From an uncultured Rikenellaceae bacterium (GTDB lineage: Bacteria; Bacteroidota; Bacteroidia; Bacteroidales; VadinHA17): 64,000 nucleotides of DNA. The stretch spans positions 18,964 through 82,963 of the forward strand of contig CAYUQR010000006.1 in assembly GCA_964446825.1 (NCBI GenBank). Direction: 5' to 3'. Shown here one piece after another: positions 19,937 through 29,682 of the stretch (position 1 is the first letter of the stretch; each line of letters opens with the position of its first letter). A program made the position numbers and the translations under genes. The notes beneath the pieces are model-generated. The model was given only the letters and a program-made list of their open reading frames with translations. It ran no database searches and had not been told where the DNA came from.

Positions 19937-20311
19937 ATGAATTTACTTGGAAACCTTATCTGGCTTATCTTTGGTGGTATAATAATTGCAATTGAGTATT
20001 TCATTGGAAGTATTATACTTATGATAACAATAGTAGGAATTCCATTTGGCATTCAGACACTCAAAATGGCTTCATTATCTCTTTGGCCATTTGGAAGGGA
20101 TACCAGGGTACATTCAAGAGCCTCCGGTTGTTTGTATATTCTGATGAATGTTTTATGGCTCCTTACGGGTGGATTATGGATAGCAGCTACCCATGCCATC
20201 TTTGGTATTATACTATGTATTACAATTATAGGCATTCCTTTCGGGTTACAGCATTTTAAACTTACGGCAATTGCATTGTCACCCTTTGGCAGGGATATAG
20301 TAAGAAAATGA
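19937..20311 (+). CDS. yccF: YccF domain-containing inner membrane protein
   Basis: Duplicated YccF motif (IWLIFGG..IVGIPFGIQ and LWLLTGG..IIGIPFGLQ). Confidence 0.8.
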   Translation: MNLLGNLIWLIFGGIIIAIEYFIGSIILMITIVGIPFGIQTLKMASLSLWPFGRDTRVHSRASGCLYILMNVLWLLTGGLWIAATHAIFGIILCITIIGIPFGLQHFKLTAIALSPFGRDIVRK

Positions 20312-20341
20312 GGGGGAGATGGGGAGAATTGGAGAAAGTGG
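20310..20341 (+). repeat. purine-rich 8-nt-periodic array (GAnnnGGA type)
   Basis: gaggggga gatgggga gaattgga gaaagtgg in exact register, starting inside the yccF stop codon. Confidence 0.45.
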
Positions 20342-20375
20342 TACAGAAATAGCGTTATCTGCCCAGGGGGGGATG

Positions 20376-20408
20376 CAAAACAAAAAATAAAGGGCCCTAT
20401 CTGGCCCT
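20376..20408 (-). terminator. intrinsic terminator of the lpx operon
   Basis: 6-bp GC stem AGGGCC/GGCCCT (20391-20396 and 20403-20408) with a 6-nt loop containing the lpxA stop. On the minus strand it is followed by TTATTTTTTGTTTT. Confidence 0.5.
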
Positions 20409-21170
20409 TATAACTCCTCTTTGCGAATTTCTTATAAATTCCAGAATATAATCTCTGTCAGGAGACGGGCTGAATGTCTTTTCAACATGCTCTAATGCCT
20501 TGGAAAAGTTCATCCCATTAAGATAAATAGCCCTGTAAATATTATGAATTTCATCAATCCTATCCTTTTCAAATCCCCTCCGTGTCAAACCGACAGAGTT
20601 CAATCCCATGTATGCCAGGGGGTCGCGATCAGCTTTTATAAACGGAGGTACATCAATACGCACTTTTGAACCACCTCCAATAATTACATGAGCTCCGATA
20701 TGCGTAAACTGGTGCACAAGGGTACCACCACTGAGAATAGCCCAGTCGTCGACTTTTGCTTCACCGGCCATACCGGTACTGTTACCGATAATACAATTAT
20801 TGCCTATATCACAATCGTGGCCCACGTGGGCATATGCCATTAAAAGACAATTATATCCAACTAATGTTCTTCCGACTGCAGCTGTCCCCCGATTTACAGT
20901 GACTCCTTCTCTGACAGTCGTATTATCACCAATTTCAGCAGTCGATTCCTCGCCCCTGAACTTAAGATCCTGTGGAATACCTGACACGACTGCAGAAGGG
21001 AAGATCCTGCAATTCTTACCAATCCTGGCCCCGTCGAGGATGGTGGAATTAGGACCGACCCATGTTCCGTCACCGATTTCAACATTACCGGCAACGTATG
21101 CAAACGGATCAATGTTGACATCTTTACCAATTTTGGCATCAGGATGAACAAAGGCTAAATTTGAGATCAT
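20397..21170 (-). CDS. lpxA: acyl-ACP--UDP-N-acetylglucosamine O-acyltransferase
   Basis: Left-handed beta-helix hexapeptide repeats, the LpxA C-terminal helical domain, and a position downstream of lpxC/fabZ. Confidence 0.9.
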   Translation of the reverse strand: MISNLAFVHPDAKIGKDVNIDPFAYVAGNVEIGDGTWVGPNSTILDGARIGKNCRIFPSAVVSGIPQDLKFRGEESTAEIGDNTTVREGVTVNRGTAAVGRTLVGYNCLLMAYAHVGHDCDIGNNCIIGNSTGMAGEAKVDDWAILSGGTLVHQFTHIGAHVIIGGGSKVRIDVPPFIKADRDPLAYMGLNSVGLTRRGFEKDRIDEIHNIYRAIYLNGMNFSKALEHVEKTFSPSPDRDYILEFIRNSQRGVIRAR

Positions 21171-21186
21171 TAATTATTATTATTAT

Positions 21187-22584
21187 CTATTTATTCTTTA
21201 TTACCTGGGCAGTCAGTTCTCCCTCGAGCACCAGTTTGTTACCAACAAAGGCCTGTCCAAACATTGTTACAATACCTCGTCTTATTACATCGGTCAGTTC
21301 CATCTTAAGTATGATAGTATCTCCGGGAACAACTTTGCTCTTGAATTTAACCTTATCAATTTTAAGGAAATAGGTGGAATATTTCTCAGGTTCTTTAACG
21401 GTGCTCAAAACAAGTAATCCACCGGTCTGGGCCAGTGCCTCAACCATCAGAACTCCTGGCATTACAGGTTCTCCAGGGAAATGACCCTGGAAGAAAGACT
21501 CATTGAATGTAACATTTTTAACACCCACTATTGAAGTCTCATCAAGCGCAATTATTTTGTCAACCAAAAGAAAAGGATATCTGTGCGGAAGCTTTTTTTT
21601 GATATCATCCACTGAAAAGACAGGTGGCTGAGACGGATCATATGCCGGAATATCTCTTTTCAACATAGCCTTTTTCATCTCCTGCCTCATCACCTTGGCT
21701 AAGCGTGTGTTTGCATAATGCCCCGGACGTGTTGCAACTACCTTCCCTTTTATCGGATGCCCGACAAGTGCCAGGTCGCCCATAATATCAAGAAGCTTAT
21801 GTCTGGCCGGCTCATTCGGATATCTTAACTCGGTATTATTCAGTACTCCGGCCGTGTGGGTGCTTATTCCGGGACGATTGAACATTTTGGCAATCCGGTC
21901 GATCTCTGATTGCTTCACTTCTTTCTCAAGTATAACTATTGCATTATCCAGATCACCCCCCTTTATAAGTCCCATTTTGAACAGGGGTTCAAGTTCATGG
22001 AAAAACACAAATGTCCGGCTCTTGCTGATCTCCTCTGCAAAGTCTTCAATTTTATCGAGGATAGCATATTGATTCCCCAGTATTCTGGAGTTATAATCTA
22101 TAAAAACATTTACGCTGAAATGGTCATCGGGATACACCATAAGATCAACTCCATGTTCTTCATCAGAGAAAGTGATCTTTTGTTTGACGATAAAATAATT
22201 CCTGTCTTCCTTCTGCTCAACAATTCCTGCCTTATTTATTGCCTCAACAAATTTCCAGGAAGAACCTCCCATAATAGGAGCTTCCGGTCCATCCAGTTCA
22301 ATAATAGCATTATCAACCTGTAACCCGTGAAGTGCGGCCAATACATGTTCTATTGTTGCCACTGAAGCATTGTTCTGAACAAGAGTTGTCCCTCTTGAGG
22401 TGTCTGCGACATGTTCAGCCAAAGCATCAATCAGGGGTTTTTCAGGAAGGTCAACCCTGCAAAATTTATATCCATGATTTTCCGGAGCCGGTTTATAGGT
22501 TAAAGTTGCATCTATCCCTGAATGAAGACCTTTCCCGGAAAGACTGATTTCTTTTGCAAGGGTCCTTTGTTTTTCACTCATCAA
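21187..22584 (-). CDS. lpxC/fabZ: bifunctional UDP-3-O-acyl-GlcNAc deacetylase / 3-hydroxyacyl-ACP dehydratase
   Basis: N-terminal LpxC pattern (GKGLHSG.., HKLLDIMGDL) fused to a FabZ hot-dog domain (LPHRYPFLLVDKI..FFQGHFPGEPVMPGVL). Confidence 0.9.
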   Translation of the reverse strand: MMSEKQRTLAKEISLSGKGLHSGIDATLTYKPAPENHGYKFCRVDLPEKPLIDALAEHVADTSRGTTLVQNNASVATIEHVLAALHGLQVDNAIIELDGPEAPIMGGSSWKFVEAINKAGIVEQKEDRNYFIVKQKITFSDEEHGVDLMVYPDDHFSVNVFIDYNSRILGNQYAILDKIEDFAEEISKSRTFVFFHELEPLFKMGLIKGGDLDNAIVILEKEVKQSEIDRIAKMFNRPGISTHTAGVLNNTELRYPNEPARHKLLDIMGDLALVGHPIKGKVVATRPGHYANTRLAKVMRQEMKKAMLKRDIPAYDPSQPPVFSVDDIKKKLPHRYPFLLVDKIIALDETSIVGVKNVTFNESFFQGHFPGEPVMPGVLMVEALAQTGGLLVLSTVKEPEKYSTYFLKIDKVKFKSKVVPGDTIILKMELTDVIRRGIVTMFGQAFVGNKLVLEGELTAQVIKNK

Positions 22585-22702
22585 TATCAGGTATTAAGTT
22601 AAATTCAGGGTACAAAAAAAATAAAAAAAATTCGAACAGCACATTATTTTGTTTTTTAACTCAATTTAAAACAAGACATTCTGTTCCGAATATAATGCAA
22701 AA

Positions 22703-23749
22703 CTACTTATTTTTCAATGACTCTATCTCTTTTTCAAGTGAATCTATTTTAATTTTCATTTCAGGCAGTTTTTTAAAAACAACTGAAGATCTTAAGAATT
22801 GTTTCAGATCGAATGCCGGAGTTCCGAGAAGAACTGTATTTTCTTCCCTGATATCTCCCGGAATTCCTGCCTGTGCTCCTATCTTAGTTCCATTTGACAC
22901 TTTAACATGTCCCGAAATACCAACCTGCCCGCCGAACATACAGTTTTTACCTATTTTTGATGAGCCAGCGATACCGGTCTGAGCTGCCATAACGGTATTT
23001 TCTCCCACCTCAACATTATGCCCTATCTGAATAAGGTTATCGAGCTTTACTCCTTTACGGATAATGGTCGATCCCATAGTGGCCCTGTCAATGGTTACAT
23101 TGGCTCCTATCTCAACATGGTCCTCGAGGATAACATTTCCCAACTGAGGTATTTTCATATATTCGCTTTCCGACTGGGGAGCAAAACCGAATCCGTCCCC
23201 TCCTATTACTGACCCGGCATGTATTATGCAACCTTCTCCGATAACACAATCGTGGTAAATCGTCACTCCGGGGTTAATGGTACAGTTGGTGCCAAGTTTT
23301 GTATTGTCCCCAATATAGACATTCGGATAAACTGAACATCCGTCGCCAATAATACAATTTTCTCCTATATAGGAATAAGGACCAATATAAACGTCAGAGC
23401 CAATCTTTGCAGTTGTTTCAATTACAGCTGTGGGATGAATTCCCTTTTTCCTTGGTCTTGACTGATCTACAAGACGAAGTAGAGTAGCAAATGCTTCATA
23501 TGCATTATCAACTCTGATGAGTGTTGCCTTAATCTCCGATGAAGGCACAAAACTCTTATTTACCAGTACTATTGATGACTTCGTCGAATAAATATAATGT
23601 TCATATTTCGGGTTGGCAAGGAATGAGAGCGCCCCGCTATGACCCTCTTCTATTTTGGCAACTGTACTGACTTTTATTTCAGGATTTCCTTCTATTTCAC
23701 CCTTTAAAAACCCGGCTAGTGCTTCTGCAGTAAATTCCATCGTATTCAA
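22703..23749 (-). CDS. lpxD: UDP-3-O-(3-hydroxymyristoyl)glucosamine N-acyltransferase
   Basis: LpxD N-terminal domain, long hexapeptide-repeat region and C-terminal coiled helix. Confidence 0.9.
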   Translation of the reverse strand: MNTMEFTAEALAGFLKGEIEGNPEIKVSTVAKIEEGHSGALSFLANPKYEHYIYSTKSSIVLVNKSFVPSSEIKATLIRVDNAYEAFATLLRLVDQSRPRKKGIHPTAVIETTAKIGSDVYIGPYSYIGENCIIGDGCSVYPNVYIGDNTKLGTNCTINPGVTIYHDCVIGEGCIIHAGSVIGGDGFGFAPQSESEYMKIPQLGNVILEDHVEIGANVTIDRATMGSTIIRKGVKLDNLIQIGHNVEVGENTVMAAQTGIAGSSKIGKNCMFGGQVGISGHVKVSNGTKIGAQAGIPGDIREENTVLLGTPAFDLKQFLRSSVVFKKLPEMKIKIDSLEKEIESLKNK

Positions 23750-23755
23750 TTTTAA

Positions 23756-25009
23756 TTATTTGCATTCTTTTGGATAACAAAGAAAATATTTAGTAATTCT
23801 TTCTGAGAGGAATCTGTGATCAAACATATCAGATACCGTTGATATATTGGCAGTTTTTCCGCTCTTAAGCAAGATTTTCACCTCAGGAGCATCAGGGGCA
23901 TACGCCAGGTTTGAGATGCTGTCGGTAAAAACATAATACTCTTCATCGGCAGACTTTATTTTCATCAGATCACCTGCACAAGATCTTAATTTTCTCACCC
24001 TTTCCTCCGGAAAGGGATCATTCTGCAACTCAATGGCAAATAAATCCCGTTGTAATAACCTTCGGGATAAATCCGAGAGAATTATATCGGAATGATCTCC
24101 CCAGTATTTGGCTGAAACCAGTATATCCGTATCATCAAGTCTTGTAAAATTTGATGCTACAAGTCCGGGTGTAAAGTTACCCTCTTTTGTCAAATCGGAA
24201 TATCCTATATTATTATAAAGGAAAAATCTTAAAGATGGAGTGGCATACAGATCGATGCCTTCTCCTGCAAGTTCTTTTGCCCTCTTAAGCGTTTTAACAA
24301 GAAGACTTTCAGATGACAGCACAGTCTTGTGCATATAAACCTGCCAATACATCAGTCTTCGTGCTATTAAAAATTTTTCGAGCGAATAGATCCCCTTTTC
24401 ATCGATAACCAGACTGTCATCCACTACATTAAGCATTCTAATGATTCTGTCCGATCCAACTGATCCTTCAATCACTCCTGTAAAAAAGCTGTCGCGTCTC
24501 AAATAATCGAGTCGGTCCATATCCATTTGACCAGATATCAGTTCATGAAAAAACTTTCTCCTGTATGTCCCTGTGAAGATTTTAAGCGCAAGCTCAAGCC
24601 TGCCTTGAAATTCTTCATTCAGTTTTTTCATTATAAGAAGAGACATGTCTTCATGAGTTATGCCACTTATAATTGATTTTTCAAGAGCATGTGAAAACGG
24701 ACCGTGTCCGGCGTCATGCAGGAGAATAGCTATGTTAACAGCCTCTTCCTCCTCATGCGATATCTGAACTCCTTTGTTTCTCAGCGTATTAATTGCCAGT
24801 TCCATCAGGTGCAATGCTCCTATTCCATGCTGAAACCGGCTGTGATTAGCACCCGGATAGACAAAACTGGTCAGTCCAAGCTGCTTTATGTTTCGTAATC
24901 TTTGAAACCATGGATGTTCTATAAGATCAAATACAAAATCACCCGGTATACTAATAAATCCATAAACCGGATCATTAATTATTTTTTTCTTATTTGTAAT
25001 GTAAGCCAA
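23756..25009 (-). CDS. HD domain-containing phosphohydrolase (dGTPase-like superfamily)
   Basis: HSRFQHGIGALHL and LLHDAGHGPFSH metal-binding motifs, plus DRLDYLRRD. Confidence 0.75.
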   Translation of the reverse strand: MAYITNKKKIINDPVYGFISIPGDFVFDLIEHPWFQRLRNIKQLGLTSFVYPGANHSRFQHGIGALHLMELAINTLRNKGVQISHEEEEAVNIAILLHDAGHGPFSHALEKSIISGITHEDMSLLIMKKLNEEFQGRLELALKIFTGTYRRKFFHELISGQMDMDRLDYLRRDSFFTGVIEGSVGSDRIIRMLNVVDDSLVIDEKGIYSLEKFLIARRLMYWQVYMHKTVLSSESLLVKTLKRAKELAGEGIDLYATPSLRFFLYNNIGYSDLTKEGNFTPGLVASNFTRLDDTDILVSAKYWGDHSDIILSDLSRRLLQRDLFAIELQNDPFPEERVRKLRSCAGDLMKIKSADEEYYVFTDSISNLAYAPDAPEVKILLKSGKTANISTVSDMFDHRFLSERITKYFLCYPKECK

Positions 25010-25309
25010 TCAATTAATTTTAATCTACAAAAGTATGAATTAGTTTTGAGAACGGAAACTAACTACCCGATCTCCCTTCCTGATACCTTAAACGAGATAT
25101 AATGGACTGAATTATTGATATTTCACTGCTTATAAAAACTAGTGTATGAAAACCCCTAAAATGATCTCATGGAATGATTCAAAAGGATAAATTTGTTTTT
25201 GTGTTTTAAAACATTAATTATTACTGCCACTTTTTGAAATAAAAGACGTCTTTAAAGGGTCAAATGCTAGTACGTTTCTTTTCTTTTTAACTTAACAGCA
25301 TATTTGCTA

Positions 25310-26203
25310 ATGAAGATTGAGATACAGGGGCTTAATAAGATTTACCCAAATGGTAATCATGCATTAAAAGATATAAACCTTGAATTCGGTACGGGGATGT
25401 TCGGGCTTCTTGGGCCCAACGGGGCTGGAAAATCGACCCTGATGAGAATTATTGTTACCCTCATGAAACCTTCTTCAGGAGTGGTAACGGTAGATGGCAG
25501 GGATATTCAGAAGTACAGAAAGGAGTTGCGAAGCATGCTTGGATATCTTCCTCAGGATTTCAGGTTTTTCACGTCACTTAAAACCTGGGAATTTCTCGAC
25601 TATTCAGGATCGCTTGCAGGATTGAAAAACAAGAAAGAGAGGATAAGCCAGGTCGACAGGCTTCTTGACCAGGTTGGACTTCTTGAAGTTCGCGACAGAC
25701 AGGCTAACAGGTTATCAGGAGGTATGAAACGGCGCCTGGGAATTGCCCAGGCACTTATTGGAAATCCGAAGATAATTGTTGTTGATGAGCCTACAACCGG
25801 TCTCGATCCTGATGAAAGGATCAGGTTCAGGAATATTCTGTCTCAATTGAGTCAGCATGATGTTACTATTATTCTCTCCACTCATATTGTTGGTGACATT
25901 TCTTCAACATGCCAGGGAATGGCCCTGTTAAACAAAGGGGAACTTGTCTTTTCAGGCTCACCAGAAAGCCTGGTAAAAAATGCGGAAGGCCATGTATTTA
26001 AGCTGAATCTTACTCAATATGAATACGACAGGGTTAAAGAACGTTATAATGTTATCTCTACCATCCCTGTTGAATCGGGATGGGAAGTGCAAATCGTTTC
26101 GGATGATTCTCCTGAGTACAGTTCAACCAGCATTATTCCAAATATTGAACATGCCTATGTTTATTTTATGGAACACAAATTACATGCTGACATAATTGAC
26201 TAA
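25310..26203 (+). CDS. ABC transporter ATP-binding protein (ABC-2 type)
   Basis: Walker A GPNGAGKST, Q-loop LPQDF, signature LSGGMKRR, Walker B IIVVDEPTTGLD, H-loop STHIV. The ORF track starts at TTG 25304; the ATG at 25310 (MKIEIQGL) is more likely. Confidence 0.9.
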   Translation: MKIEIQGLNKIYPNGNHALKDINLEFGTGMFGLLGPNGAGKSTLMRIIVTLMKPSSGVVTVDGRDIQKYRKELRSMLGYLPQDFRFFTSLKTWEFLDYSGSLAGLKNKKERISQVDRLLDQVGLLEVRDRQANRLSGGMKRRLGIAQALIGNPKIIVVDEPTTGLDPDERIRFRNILSQLSQHDVTIILSTHIVGDISSTCQGMALLNKGELVFSGSPESLVKNAEGHVFKLNLTQYEYDRVKERYNVISTIPVESGWEVQIVSDDSPEYSSTSIIPNIEHAYVYFMEHKLHADIID

Positions 26204-26217
26204 TAAAAAATACAGCT

Positions 26218-29200
26218 ATGGCATTTCTTCATAATATAAGAACGGTTGCAAGATATGAAGCCAAAACATTGAGAAGAAGCTGGTTTTTCAGGCTTTTCTC
26301 TATAGGGGCCCTGGTTATTTTCACATTTTTAAACATTGGGATGTTCTCTCCTGTCGGGGGTGAGCAGTGGAACCTTGTATCGATCTCTTCCTCAGTTCCG
26401 CTTATTAACCTTTACCTTTTGAACATAGGGCAGGCAATTGTTGTCATTTTCCTTGCTGCAGACTTTCTTAAAAGAGATAAAAAGCTTGATACTAATGAAG
26501 TCCTCTATACAAGGTCCATGTCAAATTTTGAATATGTAATAGGAAAAACATTGGGAATTCTACGTCTTTTCCTTGGACTTGATATAATAATCCTCTCAAT
26601 TGGCATGCTTATAAATATCATATCAAAAAGCATGACGGTAGATTTCATGTCGTATATTTCATATCTCCTTATAATAAGCGTACCTACAATTATTTTTAGC
26701 CTGGGACTGGCTTATATGCTTATGTCAGTGATAAAAAACCAGGCAATAACATTCCTTATTCTTCTTGGAATAGCTGCTCTTGATATGTTTTACCTGTGGT
26801 TCAGGATGGGATCCATCTTCGACTATATGGCTTTTGGAATGCCATTGTTCAAATCGGGGATTATAGGGTTTGACAATCCGGGTTTTATCATGAACCAGAG
26901 ACTTCTGTATCTCTTCCTGGGGATTGCGTTGGTACTATGTACAGTATTATTATTCAATCGATTACCCCAATCAAAATTACATAAAAACCTGACAATTATT
27001 TTCCTTGTTCTTTTCATTTCGGGAGCAGCTTTCTGCGGATATAATACCTATTCTGTTTACAGCAATAGTATTAAGGAAAAAAGCCTCACAATCGAAACCA
27101 ACAGACAATTTGAAAATAATGATTTTGCCACTCTCACTGATGCTTCAATTGAATTCATTCACCTGGGTGATAAATTTGAAGCTTCAGCTGACCTTAAAAT
27201 AAAAAATGACAACAAGGCCTCGCTCAATCATTACATTTTTTCTCTTAATCCATCATTGATAGTTCAAAAGGTAACATCAGCCGGAAAAGACCTGAATTTC
27301 AAAAGGTTAAATCAGATTATCGATGTTGATCCAGGGAAGATACTTGATCCCGGACAAACCGACAGTCTGCTTATATCCTATAAAGGTACTATTAACGAAT
27401 CTTTCTGTTATCCTAATTACAGTGATAATCTGAAAGAGAATCCTTACAGGATAGCTATGGTCAACGTTAATAAAAGACAGGCATTCCTGACACCTGACTA
27501 TCTGCTGTTAACCCCCGAGACTTATTGGTACCCGGTTACGTCGCTGAATTATTATCCTTCCAATCCTGCACGTATAAAGATTGATTTTACAAATTACACA
27601 CTTAGGGTTAAGAATGAAAAAGGGTTGACTGCAGTTTCCCAGGGAAGATCAAAAAATATTGAAGGGTACCGGGTTTTTAAACCGGAAAAGCCGCTGACAG
27701 GCCTCACCCTGGCTATTGGAAACTATAAAACTGATACACTCAAAGTAGATTCAGTACAGTACCTGAGCTACTATTTCCCCGGTCACGATTACTATAAAAA
27801 AGATCTTTCAGAGTTAAGAGATACTTTGAAAAACATGATATCAGGCATAATGAGAGAGCTGGAAACAAATTACTCAGTTAAATATCCTTTCAAAACATTA
27901 AGTCTTATTGAAGTTCCCGTTCAGTTCCATTCTTATCCGAAGGAAAGTACACAAACCAGGGCAGAGGTTCAGCCCTCGCTGGTTTTGTTGCCCGAGAAAC
28001 TCTCAACGCTCGATAATGCAGGTTTTTACAGGCAGTTCGTAAGGCAGAAGAAAAGAAATACAAGAAACAACCAGGTAATAACTGATAAAGAGCTACAGGT
28101 ACGGCTGTTTAATAATTTTATACGAAATACATTTATCAGCGGAGAAAACTTCAGGTTTACTAATGGTAATTTTGTTAATGAGCCGACAAGGTATCTTTTG
28201 GGGCCTAGTTTTTATTTTTTCAGGAACAATTTCTATTCCTCGGAATATCCGGTAATAAATGCAGTTTTCGAATCGCACCTCCAACAAATTAATATTAATA
28301 CCCGTAGCGGTGGTTTCCGTTCAATGTTTGGCATACTGACAGATAATGACAGAGCAAATCTTATTCTGAATAAAATAAGTTTCAGGGATCTGCTGACTAA
28401 AGATCCCAAAGGTGATACAATAAGAACAGTATTGAGAGTAAAAGGTGACTGGTTGTTTAACCTTTTAAGATCCAAAGCGGGAATAGATGAGTTTAAAACC
28501 TGGTTTGCCACTTACCTTGATAATCATAGCTTTAAGAAGGTTGATATAGAACTGTTCAATAATGATATTAAAGAAAAATTCGGATTCGATTTCTATCCTT
28601 TTCTTGACGACTGGTTTAACGGGAAAGAACAGCCGGGCTTTCTTTTCACGGATCTCAAAGCAAGCGAGATTATTGTTGGAGACAGATCGAGATACCAGGT
28701 TACTTTCACTGCTTCAAATCCCGAGACAGTTGCAGGTTTGTTCAATGTCTCTTTCCGTACCGGAGGACAAGGAGGTCAGGGAAGAGGAGGAGGACAGACG
28801 GCTATGTTTTTTCAGGGTGGCGGCGGTGGCGGCGGTGGAAGGTTCTCAATCTCAATGCAGGGCAGGGGGATGGAAGCCGAAGACATATCAAAAATTGTCC
28901 TGATGGGACCTCATGAAGCAAAAAGGATCGGAATAATAATTGATGCGCAACCCAGAGCCATGATGATCAACACCCTTTTTGCAAAAAATATTCCCGGAGA
29001 AATTACTTTGCCCATAAACGATATAATCAAAACCAGGGGAGTCGCAAAAGAATTCACCGGAGAGGAGATACTTACAGCAATGCCGCCTTTCACGGATCCT
29101 TCCGAGATTATTGTTGACAATGAGGATCCCGGATTTATAACCAGCAAACAAAATACTTCGAACCCTCTTAAAAGACTCCTGGGTATCCATAATAACAATG

Positions 29201-29682
29201 GAAAGACCTACCAGGAGTTAAGCATGATGTTCATTCCTGAATTCTGGCAACCTGTTGTACAAAGCTCTTACTATGGAAAGTATGTCCGTTCAGCAGTTTA
29301 CACACGTGGAGGCACTGGTGACAGATCAGTAACATGGTATACAATAATTAAAGAACCCGGGTATTATAATATATATAGTTATATCGGAAAGACTGCCGAC
29401 AGAATGATGATAAGGAGGGGTGGTCAGGGAAGAACTGGCGGACCGGGAGTTCCGGGCCAGGAGGAAAAACCGCCTGAAAGTCCATACAAGGATCAGCATT
29501 ATAAGATATACCACGATGAAGGAGTAGACGAAATAACTCTTGATTATGAAAACGCCGAAGGAGGCTGGAATAATCTTGGTAAATATTACCTCTCTCCCGA
29601 CACAGCTAAAGTTGTCCTGACAAATAAATCTGCAGGAAGAATTGTTATCGGAGATGCTATTAAATGGGTGAAACAGAACTGA
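26218..29682 (+). CDS. ABC-2 permease (about 7 TM) fused to a very large periplasmic ectodomain
   Basis: aa 1-275 contain seven hydrophobic helices and the ABC-2 loop motif (DKKLDTNEVLYTRSMS). The ectodomain layout recalls the permease/M1-aminopeptidase fusions of Bacteroidota, but I found no HEXXH. Gly-rich tracts lie at aa 847-884 and 1066-1086. The last ~60 aa (YKIYHDEG..GGWNNLGKYYL..IGDAIKWVK) look golvesin-C-like. Confidence 0.6.
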   Translation: MAFLHNIRTVARYEAKTLRRSWFFRLFSIGALVIFTFLNIGMFSPVGGEQWNLVSISSSVPLINLYLLNIGQAIVVIFLAADFLKRDKKLDTNEVLYTRSMSNFEYVIGKTLGILRLFLGLDIIILSIGMLINIISKSMTVDFMSYISYLLIISVPTIIFSLGLAYMLMSVIKNQAITFLILLGIAALDMFYLWFRMGSIFDYMAFGMPLFKSGIIGFDNPGFIMNQRLLYLFLGIALVLCTVLLFNRLPQSKLHKNLTIIFLVLFISGAAFCGYNTYSVYSNSIKEKSLTIETNRQFENNDFATLTDASIEFIHLGDKFEASADLKIKNDNKASLNHYIFSLNPSLIVQKVTSAGKDLNFKRLNQIIDVDPGKILDPGQTDSLLISYKGTINESFCYPNYSDNLKENPYRIAMVNVNKRQAFLTPDYLLLTPETYWYPVTSLNYYPSNPARIKIDFTNYTLRVKNEKGLTAVSQGRSKNIEGYRVFKPEKPLTGLTLAIGNYKTDTLKVDSVQYLSYYFPGHDYYKKDLSELRDTLKNMISGIMRELETNYSVKYPFKTLSLIEVPVQFHSYPKESTQTRAEVQPSLVLLPEKLSTLDNAGFYRQFVRQKKRNTRNNQVITDKELQVRLFNNFIRNTFISGENFRFTNGNFVNEPTRYLLGPSFYFFRNNFYSSEYPVINAVFESHLQQININTRSGGFRSMFGILTDNDRANLILNKISFRDLLTKDPKGDTIRTVLRVKGDWLFNLLRSKAGIDEFKTWFATYLDNHSFKKVDIELFNNDIKEKFGFDFYPFLDDWFNGKEQPGFLFTDLKASEIIVGDRSRYQVTFTASNPETVAGLFNVSFRTGGQGGQGRGGGQTAMFFQGGGGGGGGRFSISMQGRGMEAEDISKIVLMGPHEAKRIGIIIDAQPRAMMINTLFAKNIPGEITLPINDIIKTRGVAKEFTGEEILTAMPPFTDPSEIIVDNEDPGFITSKQNTSNPLKRLLGIHNNNGKTYQELSMMFIPEFWQPVVQSSYYGKYVRSAVYTRGGTGDRSVTWYTIIKEPGYYNIYSYIGKTADRMMIRRGGQGRTGGPGVPGQEEKPPESPYKDQHYKIYHDEGVDEITLDYENAEGGWNNLGKYYLSPDTAKVVLTNKSAGRIVIGDAIKWVKQN

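Noticed and set aside
28562-28903. 113-aa alternative-frame ORF over the Gly-rich tract
   Set aside because: It is an out-of-frame reading of the GGN-rich repeat inside the well-supported 1154-aa ORF.
26218-29682. Calling the large permease an active M1 aminopeptidase fusion
   Set aside because: I scanned the 1154-aa translation and found no HEXXH zinc-binding motif. Only the domain layout is M1-like, so no enzymatic call was made.
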